From Klebsormidium nitens (Eukaryota; Plantae; Klebsormidiophyceae): a stretch of 64,000 bases of DNA. Below are positions 45,867 to 60,256 of the stretch, piece after piece. Below the pieces are notes generated by a model. That model saw nothing but the letters and a program-made list of their open reading frames with translations, was not told the DNA's origin and did no database searches. Numbering within the stretch: position 1 is the first letter of the stretch; every line of letters starts with the position of its first letter. Made by a program: the position numbers and the translations under genes. The DNA lies in NCBI GenBank assembly GCA_000708835.1, contig DF237316.1, positions 28,622 to 92,621 of the forward strand. Direction: 5' to 3'.

Positions 45867-48800
45867 ATGGCTCCCACGCCAGCAATGCTTCTGGGCTTGC
45901 TCCTCTCCGTGTCGCTCCATGCTGCCAGCGCTAGCCGGGCCCTTCTTCAGTCCTCTCCTAATACCACATTGACGGGACTGGTTGGAGGAACTTCTGCTTT
46001 GGTAAGTTGTATACAGCAGCTCAAGTTCTCTTTTCACTTTGGTTTTGCCTGCACCAGACTGACTTACTAATGAAAAGCCAGATCTGGAGAGGTTTGCTGG
46101 AGTGATCTGCCTGGGTGAGTCATAGGGGACCACCTTGAATGGACCCATTCGAGGCATCGGTGCTTTGGCCCATTTTTCACAGCTTACTCAAGCAGCAAAC
46201 CAATGGCAGCTTGAATCCCGAACAAGTCACTATGATCCGCAAGGGAATGATGAGGACAAAAGCTTTGACACTAAGAATCAAGCAGAGCTAGCTAGACTGT
46301 CGTTTGTGCTCCTTGAAGGAGCAGTGATGTACTCTGAGACTGTTGGAGGAGAACTGTGTCAGCATTGTGCGAACTGGAGTTGGTCCGCACAGTCCCAACT
46401 GAATTCTCTGAAAAGTTTTGATGTTAGTAGACCAAAGTTTTACCTGAGACTTGTGTAGTCAAATGCCAAAGGGGAGCCAAGATTTAAAACTTGAGTGAGT
46501 TCTCGATGAGTGTGCCCTTGTTCCTAATGTCAGCACTGCAGTCCAGCTGAAAGAAGGCGGGAGGCCTTGACTAACAAATCAAAAGGTTTGGCCAGTTCTG
46601 CTCATGTCAACATTCAGATCCTCAAGACATAGCTCTGGCTTCCAAGCTCAAACTCTCTTCATATAATGAAGATTGACCAACATTGAGTTCTCGTTTTTGC
46701 AGTCAACTCTGCTGTCCGCAGTCTCAACCGCGGGCCTGGCAGATACCTTAGCCGGCAATGGCACGTTCACTGTTTTTGCACCCTCCAACGGTGGGTCCCA
46801 CTTTCACTAGGTCGCTGATGCAAACACTTACTTGAGGGGCCTACTTATGTGGGTGGAATCCTTTTGCACAAATATTTTCGTGGGGTTGAAGGTTCTGGAG
46901 TTTTTCATCCCGTGCGGGTGAAAACACTCCGCTCAGACGACTTACTGGGCCAATCTCAAACACATTTACTGTTTCAACCTCAAATCCTCTTGACACTTGT
47001 AGAGGGGATGAGAGTTGAACAACTCGAAGCTGGTAGGATCAAATGGAGCACAATGTGGAGGCAGGTAATGAGCTGTTCACCATTTTGGCTGTGTACTTTA
47101 GCTCCTCCTTAAAGTATGCAGCAGAATCTAGGAAGTCGCACCAGTGAGTGCTAAGATTGCTTGACTGTCTGGGCATTGATGTGGACATGATCTGGGTGCT
47201 CTTGCTATTGAAAGAGTCTGAGAAAGCTGCTTTTGTGTCGATTACCAGAGCGCCCTTGCAGATACTGATACCATGGGTCGGATCTTAGGAACATCCTACT
47301 ATAAAGGAGGACCCAAAATCTGCATCTGTCTATAAATAAGAAAAACCTTCGTGAATTTCCTTTTGTCGGGGGAAGATGATACTCGCAAGTAAGGTGGTAA
47401 ATTTAGTTATTGACACCTTGGGTCTTCGTTTGCAGACGCTTTTACCAAGGACATCAAGAGCATCTACTGCATCAAGGACTACGGCTTTGGCGGCAAGTGC
47501 GCGAACGCTAGTGACCTGCTTGCAGCACAAAACCTCGGGACCATCCTACTCAACCACGGTAAGCAAGAATCTCTTGGCTTTACAAACGACACTTCGAATG
47601 TCAAACACTCTCTCAGGACAGTGAATGTGATGCGGAATAGTGCAGAGATCGACTTGTGGAGGCAAGTTCCGGTTGCCAAACGTTGTATGCAGACTTTACT
47701 GCAAGAAAGAAGCAAAAGTGATGTTTTGGACGTAGCTAAGAGAAAGTCAAAAGCAGACCATCGGAAGCATGTTTTAATTGAATATAAACAAAGTCCATCA
47801 GACTCGCTGGACCCACTGTCTCTCCGCAGTTGCGCTTTCACAATCAATTTGACGAAAACTTGGCACCAGTGGCACCAAGTTTTGACGAGAATAGCTGAGG
47901 ACTTGCATCTCAACCTAGATCTCCTCCCTTTCTGCAGTGGTCGCTGGCAGCTTTCCGGCCTCCAGCCTCGCCAACGGAACCCTGCTTAAGACCCTGGGGG
48001 GTTCCGTCCAGCGAGTCGTCATCCTGCCCAACGGAACGGTGACAGTTGGCGGCGCGCCAGTGGTTACTGCTGACGTGGCAGCCACCAACGGGCTCGCCCA
48101 CGTGATGGGCGGGGTCTTATACAGGGACTCGCAGTTCAACGTGACGACCGTCGGGACGTACCTGGACACGATCGCGGACCTGGGACCGCAAGTGACGTCA
48201 CCTCAGTCGTTCCCGGAGGCGAGGGTGCGTCATCCCGCGGTTTGCTCGGCTTTTTGAATATCAGTGGACTCAATCTCTGGTTTCTTCACGATGAATTCAG
48301 GCCGAGTCCCCAAGCTTGAACTTGAATGCACGGTCCGAAATCCCCTAATGGTATGCTTCTAAGACTAGTGCACATATGAAAATGCAACCTGGCTCTTCTA
48401 CCCCAGAATCCATCCCTCTCGAGAGCTTACCACTTCACTCCAAGATAACCACGCCGCGGGCGTGATCGGTCCGAAGACCCCAGTCTCCACCTTGTGGAAT
48501 TCTGGGTCCTGCCCACGTCTTCGGATGAGACGTGTTGGCTTCGACATTTTAGCTCCTTGAAAGTCAACATTGAAAAGCAAGCCTCGCAAACAAAGGTAAG
48601 CCGAGAGTCAAGTGTGCCCGCATCTCAATTAACTTAACCCGAAACTTGACCCCTGCAGGAGACGCTGATGGCCCAGGACGCTTTGGACAACGTGGACCGC
48701 TTCCGCAGCTACCGTCCGATCGTCGAGCGTCCCTCCAACTCTGACGACTCCGATCATTTCAGCCCTCCGGATTTGGCTCGGCTTTACCTAGTAGCTTCTG

Positions 48801-51800
48801 AACCCCCAAGCCATCTCAACCATCAAGCCATTTGCCAATTAGAACCCTCGTTTCCGCAACATTTTGCAGAAGGCGCTGATGGTCCAAGACGCTCAGGACA
48901 ACGTCGACCGCTTCCGCAGCTACCGTCCGATCGTGGAGCGTCCGGACGGCGGGTACACATACCCTATGCCGCTCCTGTTCGACAATACGCAGGGGAACCG
49001 GGAGTCGTATTGCGTGCCCACGGAACAGCCCAAGTGGACTTACCCGGAAACGACAAACGTGACGAGGCCGGCCGATAACGAGACGCTGGCGTATATGTCG
49101 GTAAGGATCAGCTTATGAATACGCTTGGACGTCATCTCATGGAAAAGGTGACGTTTGCGCTTCTGTGAGGCGTGTGCGTGTGGCATCCGTGAGGAGTGTA
49201 GCGCTCAGTTGCAAGGAACACGCTGGCGGCTTAACGGAGGGTTTGAAGTATGGGTTTATAAACTCTAAGCCACTGGGGTGTTTTTAAAGGTCGCTTATGC
49301 TTTTACAAGTTGCTGATATAACATAACTAGGTACCTGGTGAAATCTTTCTCAGACGTCTTACATTCCAAGACGGCCGACCCCCGAAGGTGGCGACCTCCC
49401 GCCAGGGTCGGCTTGATGTGCAAGGTCAACTCATACAGGATCCCGTCATGCTAGACGTCACGCGCGAGGCACTGCTGACGTCACGGCATCTCGCATTTCG
49501 CAGGTGATGGAGCTAGCGGCGCTGATCAAGAGCAAGCAGGTGACGTCAACGGAGCTCGTGGACCTCTACACGGCGCGACTCAAAGAGTGAGAAAGTCTGT
49601 CCAATTTCAGAAGCTGCTCGAGGTGTGAAACGGACATGTTCAAAACATACGGAATTATGCATTCAAGAAGTGTTTCCCGGTAGCTCACAGTGGCGTTAAA
49701 CGGGCAGAATTGACCTCGTGCAGATGATTCTCAAGAGTGTCCTGATCGTCTCGATTTGAATCCTCTTCGTCGTCAGCAAAAACTGCTTCAATCGTCACCG
49801 GGAAGACTGAAGCTTTTTGGGACTTCATTTTTTTTGTTTCTTCCCTGATTTCTTTCCTGAAGTCACATCCCTCAGAAAAGCTGTCTGGCAAAACCAGTCA
49901 TTTGAATGTTTTTTGCAGACCCGGACTTGAGAAATCGCGTCAATATCTACAACCTGCTTGCATCCTGAGAAACCTGGCTGACCGTCCTGATACAATTCTA
50001 GAAGACTCGACCCTAACAACCTAAAACCCTTCTCATTGCAGGTACGACAACGTACTGGAAGCCGTTGTGACATACACAACCGACCTCGCATACCAGCAGG
50101 CAGCTTTGGCCGACCAATTGCTGGCCAACGGTACATACCTGGGACCGCTGCACGGCATACCCTATGGGCTGAAAGACCTCATAGCCGTGCCGCCGTATCG
50201 GACCACGTGGGGCTCGGGCGCGTTCATCAACCAGGTCGTACCCAGGGAGGCGACCGTCTACTCCAAGTGAGGCGCAAAAGGTCGCCGTTAACAAGCCCGG
50301 TTAAGGACGGGTTCAATTCCAAAGCCAGGAGCGAAGTTACCAGCATTGGAAGAGATTATTTCTCACTGAAAACATCCTTGAGACCGATCTGCACTTCGTG
50401 AAGCAACAAATGTTAAAGTCAATACCTCACGTCTGGTTTTCACCACGAAAACCGTTTTGCTGCCAGAGGCAGGATCCGAACGTTTTCCAGATCGCAATGC
50501 TGACGCGCGCAGACGTGACGGCTGAAGAATGCTTTTTCTGGGCGACAGATTGACGGCGGCCGGCGCTGTTCTGGTCGCCAAGCTGTCCACCGGGGAGATG
50601 GCAACCGGGGACGAGTGGTGGGGCGGCAAGACCAAGTGCCCCTGGAACATCGCGGTCGGGGCGTCTGGCTCTTCTGCGGGTACGAATGCAACTAAACCCA
50701 CAGTTTCTTTCCACCTTTTTGGACGCTCTTCGGTTTTTCCTAATTTGTGGTTCTTGGGCACCTGTTTCATTAAACTGTTTGTATAGTAGACTCGGCTGAT
50801 CCGATGAGTATTCGAGTTGCCATAGTTGAGTTGCTGGTTGTTGTGGAACCGGCAGCTTTTAGCAGCTTTTAATTAAGCACGCGGGTACACCAGCTTTCGA
50901 CCGTTGCTAACCCCTCTACAACCCATTTTGTTCGGCTCGGGTCCCCCTATGACGGCCGGCATGGTCAGCTTTGCCCTCGGTATGGAAACGGTTGACATCT
51001 GGTTCTCTAGACCCGGCCGATCTTGAGAATCACGGTAATCCAGGTCCAGTCATTCAAACCGCCTCTAACCCACGTTTAATCGTACTCTGGTCAACTTTAA
51101 ACATTCTTTTCAGGCCCCGGCGCTGCCGTGACGGCCGTCGAGGTCCGGTTCGCCTTAGGTAAAGAAAATCAGGGGTTCTCCTATCCAACCCGGCAGCTCC
51201 TCTGACCCTTCCCAAATCATACTTTCAGGTCCCGGCGCTGCTATTGTCGGGCTCGCCCTGGGTAGCGAAATGGGTTTCACAATCGGACCCGGCGGCTGCG
51301 AAACCAGCATGGACCCTTCTCTAAATCTCCCCCAACTCTTCACAAACTCTTTTTTCAGGCCCTGGCGCTGCCGTGGCGGGCCGGCATGGTTGGATTCGCC
51401 CTGGGTACTTGAACCGGCGGCCCCATTATCGGACCTGCAACTTTAGAAAAGCTCCGGAAACTTGGGTCTCACAGTTATCTAACCCTCCTGTGACCCTTTC
51501 CAAACCCCCTTTGCAGGCCCCGGCGCTGCCGTAGCGGCCCGCATGGTTGGGTTCGCTCTAGGCAACGACACCGGGGGTGGATTTCTCCGGACCATGCAAC
51601 TCCTGAGATCTCCGGAAACCCGGATCTAACCCTGTGACAAGAGTCTTCTGACCCTTCCTAAACCCTCCTTTCAGGCCCCGGCGCTGCCGTGGCGGCCGGC
51701 ATGGTTGGATTTGCTCTCGGCACTGAAACCGGGGGTTCCATTATCGGGCCCGCAGCCCAGAACGGAATCTCCGGATTCCGCCCAACGTTTGGGTTGACCA

Positions 51801-54800
51801 GTCGCGCATACTGCATGGCGCTTTCCCAGACCCTGGTAAGCGCACGCATAAGCTATGCCTCGGCTTATAGCGTATGCCGCTTTGGTCGCCGTAACTTTAA
51901 GCTTTTTCGACCAGCATTCTCCTCTTGAGCGTCGATTAAGACCCAGCAAACATTTGCGCTCGTCATAATGTCCTGAGAAACTTCGCAGGAAAAACGAAAC
52001 GAGAAAGGGAAACGGTCTGCCATTTCGACTCCGAGTTTCTTACGCTCCGTTAATGCTCGCGCGAGAGCAGGTCCAATGATATTTAAGATGTTTTGCGCAT
52101 GGCTTAGCGATTACTGTCTTACAAGACAAAGCCCTTTGCCTTGGCAACACGACTGACCCTGGCAAATATTTCGTCGCAAGCTTCGCGATATCCGTCCCCT
52201 TGAATGTCCTCATTTCTGCATACCAACTTTATTCCTCGAAGTGTGAATGAATTTTTCCTTCAAACATCATCTCGAAGTGCAAAATTGCCCATTCGCTCGA
52301 ACCTTCCGAAACTGCTCTCAGGGAAATCCACTGCCAAATCCTCATCGAGACACCCGGTTTGTCCTCTCAGGACAAAGTGGGCCCCATGGCCAGGACCGCA
52401 GAGGACGCCGCCGTCATCCTTGACGTCATCCGTGGCAAAGACGGCATCGACACGTCAGCATGCAACGTGGCACTGCAAAGCCCATTCACCATTGACGTTA
52501 CCAACCTGACGGTCGGGTACCTGCCGGATACCCCTGCGGCGGTAGGTACCAAGCCGCCCACCTACCTCCTTTCATATCTCGCAGGATCTAGATAAATCAA
52601 TCTAGAGTGCAGGCTTATGAGCGGCCATCTTAGTGGACGGGACATGCGAGTGTTTATGCGCTGCGACGAGTCTGCCATGCCCAAGCGAATGACAAGGAGA
52701 ATTGAGAACAAGACAGCTTGTTCGGAAATTTCTTGTATCCAGAGTCAAGAACTTCCGGCCTCCGCAGCCCAAATATAACAGGTTCTCAAAGCAAGCGACT
52801 CAAAATATTCGTTGAATTGCAAGCTCTCGCTCAAAGCTTAGAAGGGCGACCTTTACGAACAACTCACATTTTGGCTACGGCAGAGTTTTCCATTTATGTC
52901 TGAATCACTTGTTGATCCCACTTGAACACTCAGATCCTTCCCAAAGTAATTCAAGCTCAGAGTCAAGCACAATTGAGAAAATTCATGGAAAGACGGAGCA
53001 TGAGAGAACTTCACCCAATCTTACCCCCTTCTATGAACGCATAACCTCGCTGTGATTTTGTGAAGAGTCGCTGAGAGCAGTCTCCTTCCGGTTGCTCTCG
53101 AGCTCCTTCGACCAATTCCGCTCCGGAACGTCAAGAGACGATTCCCAACACCGACAACTTTCAACATTCCTGGCCGACACTTGAAAAGCAACTTTTAACC
53201 CGGTCCTTAACCCACTTTCGCTCACAGGCCCTCGCGATCTTCAACGAGACACTGAAGATGAAGCTCGTTCCGGTCGCGTTCAAGAATTCCGCTCCGGACT
53301 TCAGCGCCCTGTACGAGGTCATCCGCGGAGCGGAAGCCGCGGCGTATTTCGACTACTGGATGCGCAGCGGAAACATCGAGAACAACACCGCACCGCTCCA
53401 GTGGCCCGTCAGACTGCGTCGCAGCCGCATGATCCCCGCTGTCGAGTACATTCAGGTAAGGTTTTATGCGCTGAACCAGACCAGAAAAAGGTTCAACTCT
53501 GACAGTGGTGAGACTCGATATGTTAAGCGGCTCGAAAACAAATTTAGCTTCACTTCAATGCCGTGTCAGATTCCGCCGCAGCCTCACGATTCCCGCCGTC
53601 GAGTAGTATCTTCGGGTATATCAGACCCGCGTCTGACCAACATATAATGGGATCTTGACGAACTTGTCGGAGGGGCCAAAGCCGCTCTTGAAACCGAACA
53701 CAATCTGTCCAAAACCTTCTGCAGTGGCTCGTGACCAGCAGTCGTCACGTTTCATTCCAGCCCGCTACAATCTGAGTTGTAGAACAAGGTCTTTTGTATT
53801 CCAATACGAAGATTGGCACACTCTGTGTCTCGTTAAGGTTTTGAGTATCTTGAGACCTGATCGGAGGAACTGATCTTGGATCCTCAAAAGGCCTTTCCAT
53901 CACATCCGCCTTGCACTCCTTGCGCGCTTGTCAATGTAGCCTACTGACTGACACGTTCTCCTCCCGATCTCCAGGCGACACGTGTCCGCGGCGTAACCAT
54001 CACCGAGATGTTCGCCGCGTTTTCCGGCGTTGATGTCTTCTTAGGCCCCGCCACGACCTACACCAGCTATGGGAACATTGTAAACATTCCTGAGATCTCG
54101 ATTCCGTACGCATTCGCTCCGGCGACCGTTCCGTCCAACTACACGGCGAGCACTCCGCGGAAGAGCCCGCAGAACGTCGGAATCTATGGCCTGCCTTACT
54201 CAGACTCCAAGGTACGTCACAATTCCAGTACCAAGTTTAAAGAAATGCTTTGTCAGTACTGGGCTCATTTGGAACAAAGTTGGACAGAAAGGTGGATGCT
54301 GCAGATCTCGCTTTTGTTTCTTGGAGTCATGCTTGAATTCTCAAGGCATTGGAGGCTCGTTTACTCGAAGAGGCGTGATGAGCAGGACTCTGCATGCCAA
54401 CTTTGCAGGTTTTTTGTGCGACTAAAGAGTTGACAGATTTTATCGTACGCTTCTGCGCCTCTTCCGTTCCTCGGCCGTGATTCTTCCCGTGCTTCTTCAA
54501 TTCTGGCCTGTCTTTTCCTCTCCCTTTCTTCGGTCAGGATCGTCGCATCATTTCCGTCTCCGTCCTTGTCTATCCTGGTCACCTCACTCATTTTCCAGTT
54601 CATTAAGGTCTTTGCCCTTTCCCCTGTATCTCTCACGTTCCTCTTTTACTTTCCTTGGTTCCCCTCGCCTAATTTCCGTTCCTCTTCAACTCTTCCACTA
54701 TACTTTCTCTCGCCTTTCCCTCACTTCTCTTGCACTTCCCTCTTTCAGATCCTGGCCGTCGCGATGGCCTTCCAGAAAGTCAACACCGCCAACCGGCAGC

Positions 54801-54952
54801 GCCCCCCGATCAACCTCATCGAGCCGGAGGTTCTGGCCAACTGCAGCTCCCCATATAGTCGGTGCAACATTCCGGCCGCTACGGTCGCCCTTCTCAGCCA
54901 GACCGGAATCAACAATCCCCCGGTGCAAATCAAGACGTACGGAATGGTGTAA
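45867..54952 (+). CDS. Secreted fasciclin (FAS1)-domain + amidase-signature family protein, multi-exon
   Basis: Signal peptide MAPTPAMLLGLLLSVSLHAASA. FAS1 motifs FTVFAPSN, ILLNHV and DVAATNGLAHVMGGVL. Amidase motifs GPLHGIPYGLKDLI, GASGSSAG, GTETGGSI, RPTFG and DKVGPMAR. Confidence 0.85.
50935..51674 (+). repeat. 5 degenerate tandem copies of the 3' splice site + 5' half of the catalytic amidase exon
   Basis: cag|GCCCCGGCGCTGCC-like starts at 51114, 51229, 51359 and 51517, plus an acceptor-less copy at about 50935. The intact exon starts at 51675. Confidence 0.85.
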
Positions 54953-56367
54953 CTAGAGGGGGGGCGCGGTTTGGGCGGGGTTCGGACGTGGCTGCGAGGA
55001 TGTCATTCGCGGCCGCGGGTTCGTCACTTCGGCAGCGCGGGAGCGAAAACTCGAAGAAGACATCACAAGCGCGCCGCGGTTTAGTATGTGGGCAGCTAAA
55101 TCAAGTTATTGATCGAGTGACAAACACCTGATTGCGCCGAAAGAATATTTAGTAGAAATTCGTTATAGCGGCCGCTAAGAAGCAGATGTCTTGGTAAGGG
55201 GTTGTCCAAGTCCCGTTAGGTCAACGATTCGGGCCGGATCTCTGGGTAGCAAAGCACTGCATTGAACACGCGTAGGGTTTTGTCGGTCTCCAGATTTGAT
55301 AACACATGACGTACGTTAGTATGACGTCGTCGGAATGTTGAAAAGGGCTTAAACGGGTATGTTGCGAAAGTTAATAGGGGCCTTCCACGTGCGGGCGGCG
55401 GCACTAAATCTTATAGAGCAGTGGCATTTTGGAGCAGTTGGGGATTCCGTAGCGGCCGTCAAGAGCTTAAAGGTCGCTTCTCCTGACATGCTGAAGAACA
55501 TCTGCTAAACGCGTCCGATGTGTACGTATCCGAAGGAGCGCAAAACACTGTACACAATGCATTCTGGACCATGAACCAGCGAAGTTCGGAACAGGTTCGA
55601 AAACGGTCCAATTGTATTGTTTGTTTTTGAAGATTCCTCCTTTATTCATTCATCTCGTAATAGGCTGTTAGGTCAGCCATGATGCGGACCTCGCGTTCAA
55701 CGGCTAGGATTCGAAGCAGCTAAAAGAACCGTCGCTTTGTTGAGCCAAACCGCACCGGCTGATCTTGGTCCAGTACGTAAGATTGATAATGAGAAAGATC
55801 ATGTTTGTATTGCCTGGAAGCGCACCGTGGAGTTACTTAGATCTGGACGCGGTGGAAATGCTGACTCAGATCTCAATCCAATCGAATCGGTACTTCTCGT
55901 CAAACATCTGGTAGTAATCGAAGCTAGCCGGGTGGGTTGTGGGATACCGAGTCAAGCGACATTCCCCAGGTTCGACCACGCGACTCGTCGCTCGATTGCG
56001 CCTCACAGGATGCGCTGATTCACATTATGAGAAGCCTTGAGTTGTAACCACCGTTAACTCCGCACATGGTGACATGGTATGGGGAATGAAGCAAACCAAA
56101 AGAATCGATCATAGTTGGATCGTTCCGGCCGATCCTCCGTTTCCGCGTGTCACATGTTCTTGCGCGAGGATGTGTCTTGTTTTGTGTAGGTCGTCATAAA
56201 ATCATTTCAAGCAATATGGCCATGAGCGACAGAAAAGCATATAATCTATACAATCATAGTGTTTGATGCGGAGCCACTGTTTACAGTTGCCTTATCAGAC
56301 ATCTGCAGCATACTTTAGCTAGGCCGCCACCGCGGTGCCGATTGCTTTTCTATAAGTCATTGATCAT

Positions 56368-59300
56368 TCAACCGTAAGAGCTCGAGCAGTGGACACTTCG
56401 GGGAGAGTCCACCGGTGACAAAAGGCGTTTATCTGGCCCCACAAAGCGCGTGCGCGGCGCGGTGTCGAGTTTGGGGAACGTCCGCGTCCGCAGCACCTCC
56501 TGTTCGCCCTGGACCGCCGCACGATCTCCTCCGTCTGCGCCAGAGTTGGTACGAACGACGAAAAAATGAGTTCTGTTCTTCTGCATCCTAGGAAATTCCG
56601 CGCCTAGGGTCTGTGTTAATGTGGTGTGGTCTGGGACTGCCTGATTGCTTGTCCTTGAGTGCAATTACAGAGTGTGCCAGACCCACCTTATCTGGACAAC
56701 CGAAAGGACGATTGAAAGCCACGAATGTTACATCTGTCAAGAAGAAAGAAGAAAGCGATAACTGAGACTCTGAGAACGAGCTACATTGACAGAAAGAGAA
56801 AGACAGAAAGGCGAGGAGAGCGGAAAGCAAGAGAGGGGACTTCAGGGAGCCGGACAAGAAGATTGTCATCAAAACAAGGCGAAGTCAGGAGAGGTTCTTC
56901 AAACAGGGGAGAGAAATAGAGCTGAAAATGAGTGATCAAGGTGACCAAGTCACAAGAAAGTTGAGGCAGGAAAACAACGCAGCGGCTCTCTGCTTTGCAG
57001 GGATTCGCACGAATGTCCGTGTTCCGGAGTGCCGCGGAAGCCGAAGGAACACAAGGGGTGGAGCGCAGTCGAGCACAATCAGAGAAGATTTACTCAGTGA
57101 GAGTGGACTCGCATTTGAGAGGAAATGAAAAAGAAAACTTGAGGGACGGAGAGGAAAACCAAGGGACGTCCCACCTTTGCCCTGTAGCTGCCGCTGCTTT
57201 CCCGGGCTTTTCATCCGTTCCGTTCCGTTCCTCAACTCCACTTGACGCTGAGCAGGATCTCGCTGATACGCGCCTGCGCCTCGGCCCGCTCCTGAAGCGT
57301 CGCTAGCCGCGGTTTGTGCCGTGGGTTCCGCCTATTGCTTCCCGGTCAGTGCCGCACGGTCTTGGAGCATCTTCCTGCGGGTTTTGATTCGTGGGTGAGC
57401 CTGGAGAAGACACGTGGCCGGCGGACGATGCACGGAGCATTCAAAAGCGAGCGACAAATGAATGATTCCGATAGAGGAATCTCTCGACTAGAATGTTCTG
57501 GACCTCCACGAGCAATCAAGCCTGTTAGCCTCCAGAAAAACTTTCCATGGGATGATGTCGGGTGGACCTGCGATGGCGCGCTAACCAGCGTGCGAGTTGC
57601 CTGTGCTTATGATTTGTGGCGGTTCCTCCTACGCTATTCTGATCTCGAACGAGCACTGGGTAATAGTTGCATGGGTTTCGAGAAGCGGAAATTCGAGAAA
57701 CACTCAAAAGAAGCCGTCCTTTGAGGCAACAGAAAGTCGAGCGCGTCCAAGCAAAGGAGCCAACACCAAAGTACTTTCGATAGCTCCTTAAGCTTTGTGG
57801 TTTCACTAACTTTGACTTTCAAGAGCTGTCCCTTGTGCACGCTGTTCAAAACATTTCGCGTGTTTCTGTCACAGACGACAACGCATCCTCACCTGACTGA
57901 TCTTTGAGAGTGCGCACCGCACCAGACTGACCATGGCACCCTCTCATGTTACCAGAACCTTTCAGCAGGATGGGACCCTGTAGGAAAGCCAGAGTGTTAT
58001 TATCACTTTGATTATAACAGAATACAGGTTGCATCAAAGCTGATACCGTGTGAACATGCGTGCTGCCCCCTCTCGCCTTCAAACGATAGATCAAAATTAG
58101 GCCGTTTGAGACTGTGAGAAGTGGTACCCCAGCGGTAGGTTGAATGCGGATTGCAATTCTGTGAACTGCAACGGACGTGACAGGTCCTTTTCCGTTGGTA
58201 GATAAGGGATCAAGTGAGATGCTGAGCTCACCCGGCTCCAAAGCTGACGTGGCTGTGTCTTTCTCATCTTCATATTTAGGGCCTCGATAGGGTCGACGAC
58301 ATGCAGGATACAGAATCTCTGCAGAAAAAGATGCTTCGTATACCAAATAAATGATGCAGCGCAAAAACTGCAGCGAGTTACAAAACTGTCATAGCATTGA
58401 GGCAGATTCTCTGCTATTAGAGGAACCCTTTCAAGGATGATGAACATGCCTAAAGGATGTGAAGAGCGAAAGAATGACGGCAACTCCGACAAATATCCCT
58501 TTGAAATCTCACAGAGTATGTTTACCAACAGCTTTGCAAGCCTGCTTCTGCCATTGGTCCTGCGAAGAAATTAACAACTGCTGAGTCGACATTCTAAACC
58601 TGCGTAAATTTGAGCATCAGAACTTCTTACCCTTGAACCTCCGAGAGGTCTTTGCAATACTGCACTCCGTGACGGTTGCTTTTCGTTCTTTCCCAGGCAG
58701 CTTTGTGTGTGTCCCAATTCTGTCCTTCGCAACCATCATTTGGCAGCTAGCCATTCTTTCAGCCCCGTTGGTCTCCTGGAAACCTTGCAGCCCCACGCGA
58801 AAGCTTGTCTCTATCTTGAATTCCACTGCTACCTTTCGGAACTTCTCAAGAAGCTGACTTGCTCGTTTGGACACGATCTCCACGATTTGCTCTGCCACAT
58901 TCTGCTGCTCGGCACAGATCGCATCTGATATTCTTGCTGCAAGCACCTGTTTAAGGAACACCACAATCAGATACAAGAGAAAGACACACCAGCTCAGCAT
59001 TCATTATGACAGGCAGCAACAAGCGTATATTACAAAAAGCACTTCTTCGAATTCCACGTTCCAGACTTTGCTTTTCGAACCCAAATACACTGCCAACAAA
59101 TGATGTTGAGCAAATGACGTCGTTCAAAATTCTGAAAAGCTTTGCCAGGTGTGAACACCGTAGACATGTTTAAACAACACACCAAGCACATGGAACAAGG
59201 ATGCGTAAGCCACCAGCACGAGAATGTTAAAAACGATAGATCAGGTAAGAAAGACTCACTTCAATCAAGCTGTCTTTTGCTTTTGGTCGCCAGCCCAATA

Positions 59301-59600
59301 ATAGCACCTGGATTCTCGTTCTACGAACTTTTGATAAGGTCTGGAAAAGCTGATGAAGTTCTTCTGCTCCGCGTTCTTCGTGAAGAACTTGGCGAATCAG
59401 CGAGTGGAAGTCCTTAACCTCAGGGAAAGCAGCATCCGTGTCAATCACGGCCAATAGGGCATCGACAACCACACCCATATTGTCGGTTTGGGCCAAAAGA
59501 TCCTCTTCATTCAGTTCTTTGCTCGCCGTTTCACTTTTCAGCCCCTCCATGCTGGCGTCTGATTGCTGATAGCCCCTCGTGGGACACGGATCGACCGTGC
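56368..59600 (-). CDS. Possible multi-exon hypothetical gene
   Basis: Several splice-bounded coding-like pieces (VSTVDPCP...AAFPE, VLAARISDAIC...LEKFRK, FCILHVVDPIEAL..., VHKGQLLKVKVSE..., ATLQERAEAQARISEILLSVK). No family recognised and the structure is unresolved. Confidence 0.35.
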
Positions 59601-60256
59601 TAACTGCAAATGCCAATTCTTCAACAAATCACAGACGAACAGGCTTCTTGAAGTTGAAGCATTTAGCAGGTGTTTGGGTGTTAAAAGCCCGCACTCGCAC
59701 CTAACAGCAGTCGCACGCTTTCCTCCGCCCTTGCAAACGTTCACTGTTCCGACCTTCTGAGGCCAATGAGGTGGCGACGCTGTGCTAACAACTGCGGCCG
59801 GTGGCACGCGCTCAATTTCGGCGCCGTCAAACCCTTCAAACCCCTTCGTTCTCGCGCTCTTGGCGCGCGCGCGAAGGGGGCGTCCGTACGGGGCGGCGCG
59901 AGTCTCAAAATCCACCCAACTTTCTCGGCCGTCCAATGAGCAGGGTTTATCCGAGCGCCGTTGATCCGAGATTCGGCTGAAAAGTGCAGAAACTGCCCGG
60001 TACGTCCGTGCATCTCATAAGCTATGCGCTGTCAGTCGGAGTTGCAGCAAGCTTGCAGTCTGCCACAGGTCCACTAGTACAGTACCGGGGGCACCACGAG
60101 CATGTCAAGGCGCCTGGCTGGAAGCGGAAGCGCATTTTGGCAGGAGCCTGAGCAATGCGGCCTTTTGTGATTCCCGTTTCAAGTCGCTCACTTGGAGTTC
60201 CGAGCTACACCGGCCTACTTCGGTGCACAACCCGACCATTCAGCTCATGATTAGCG

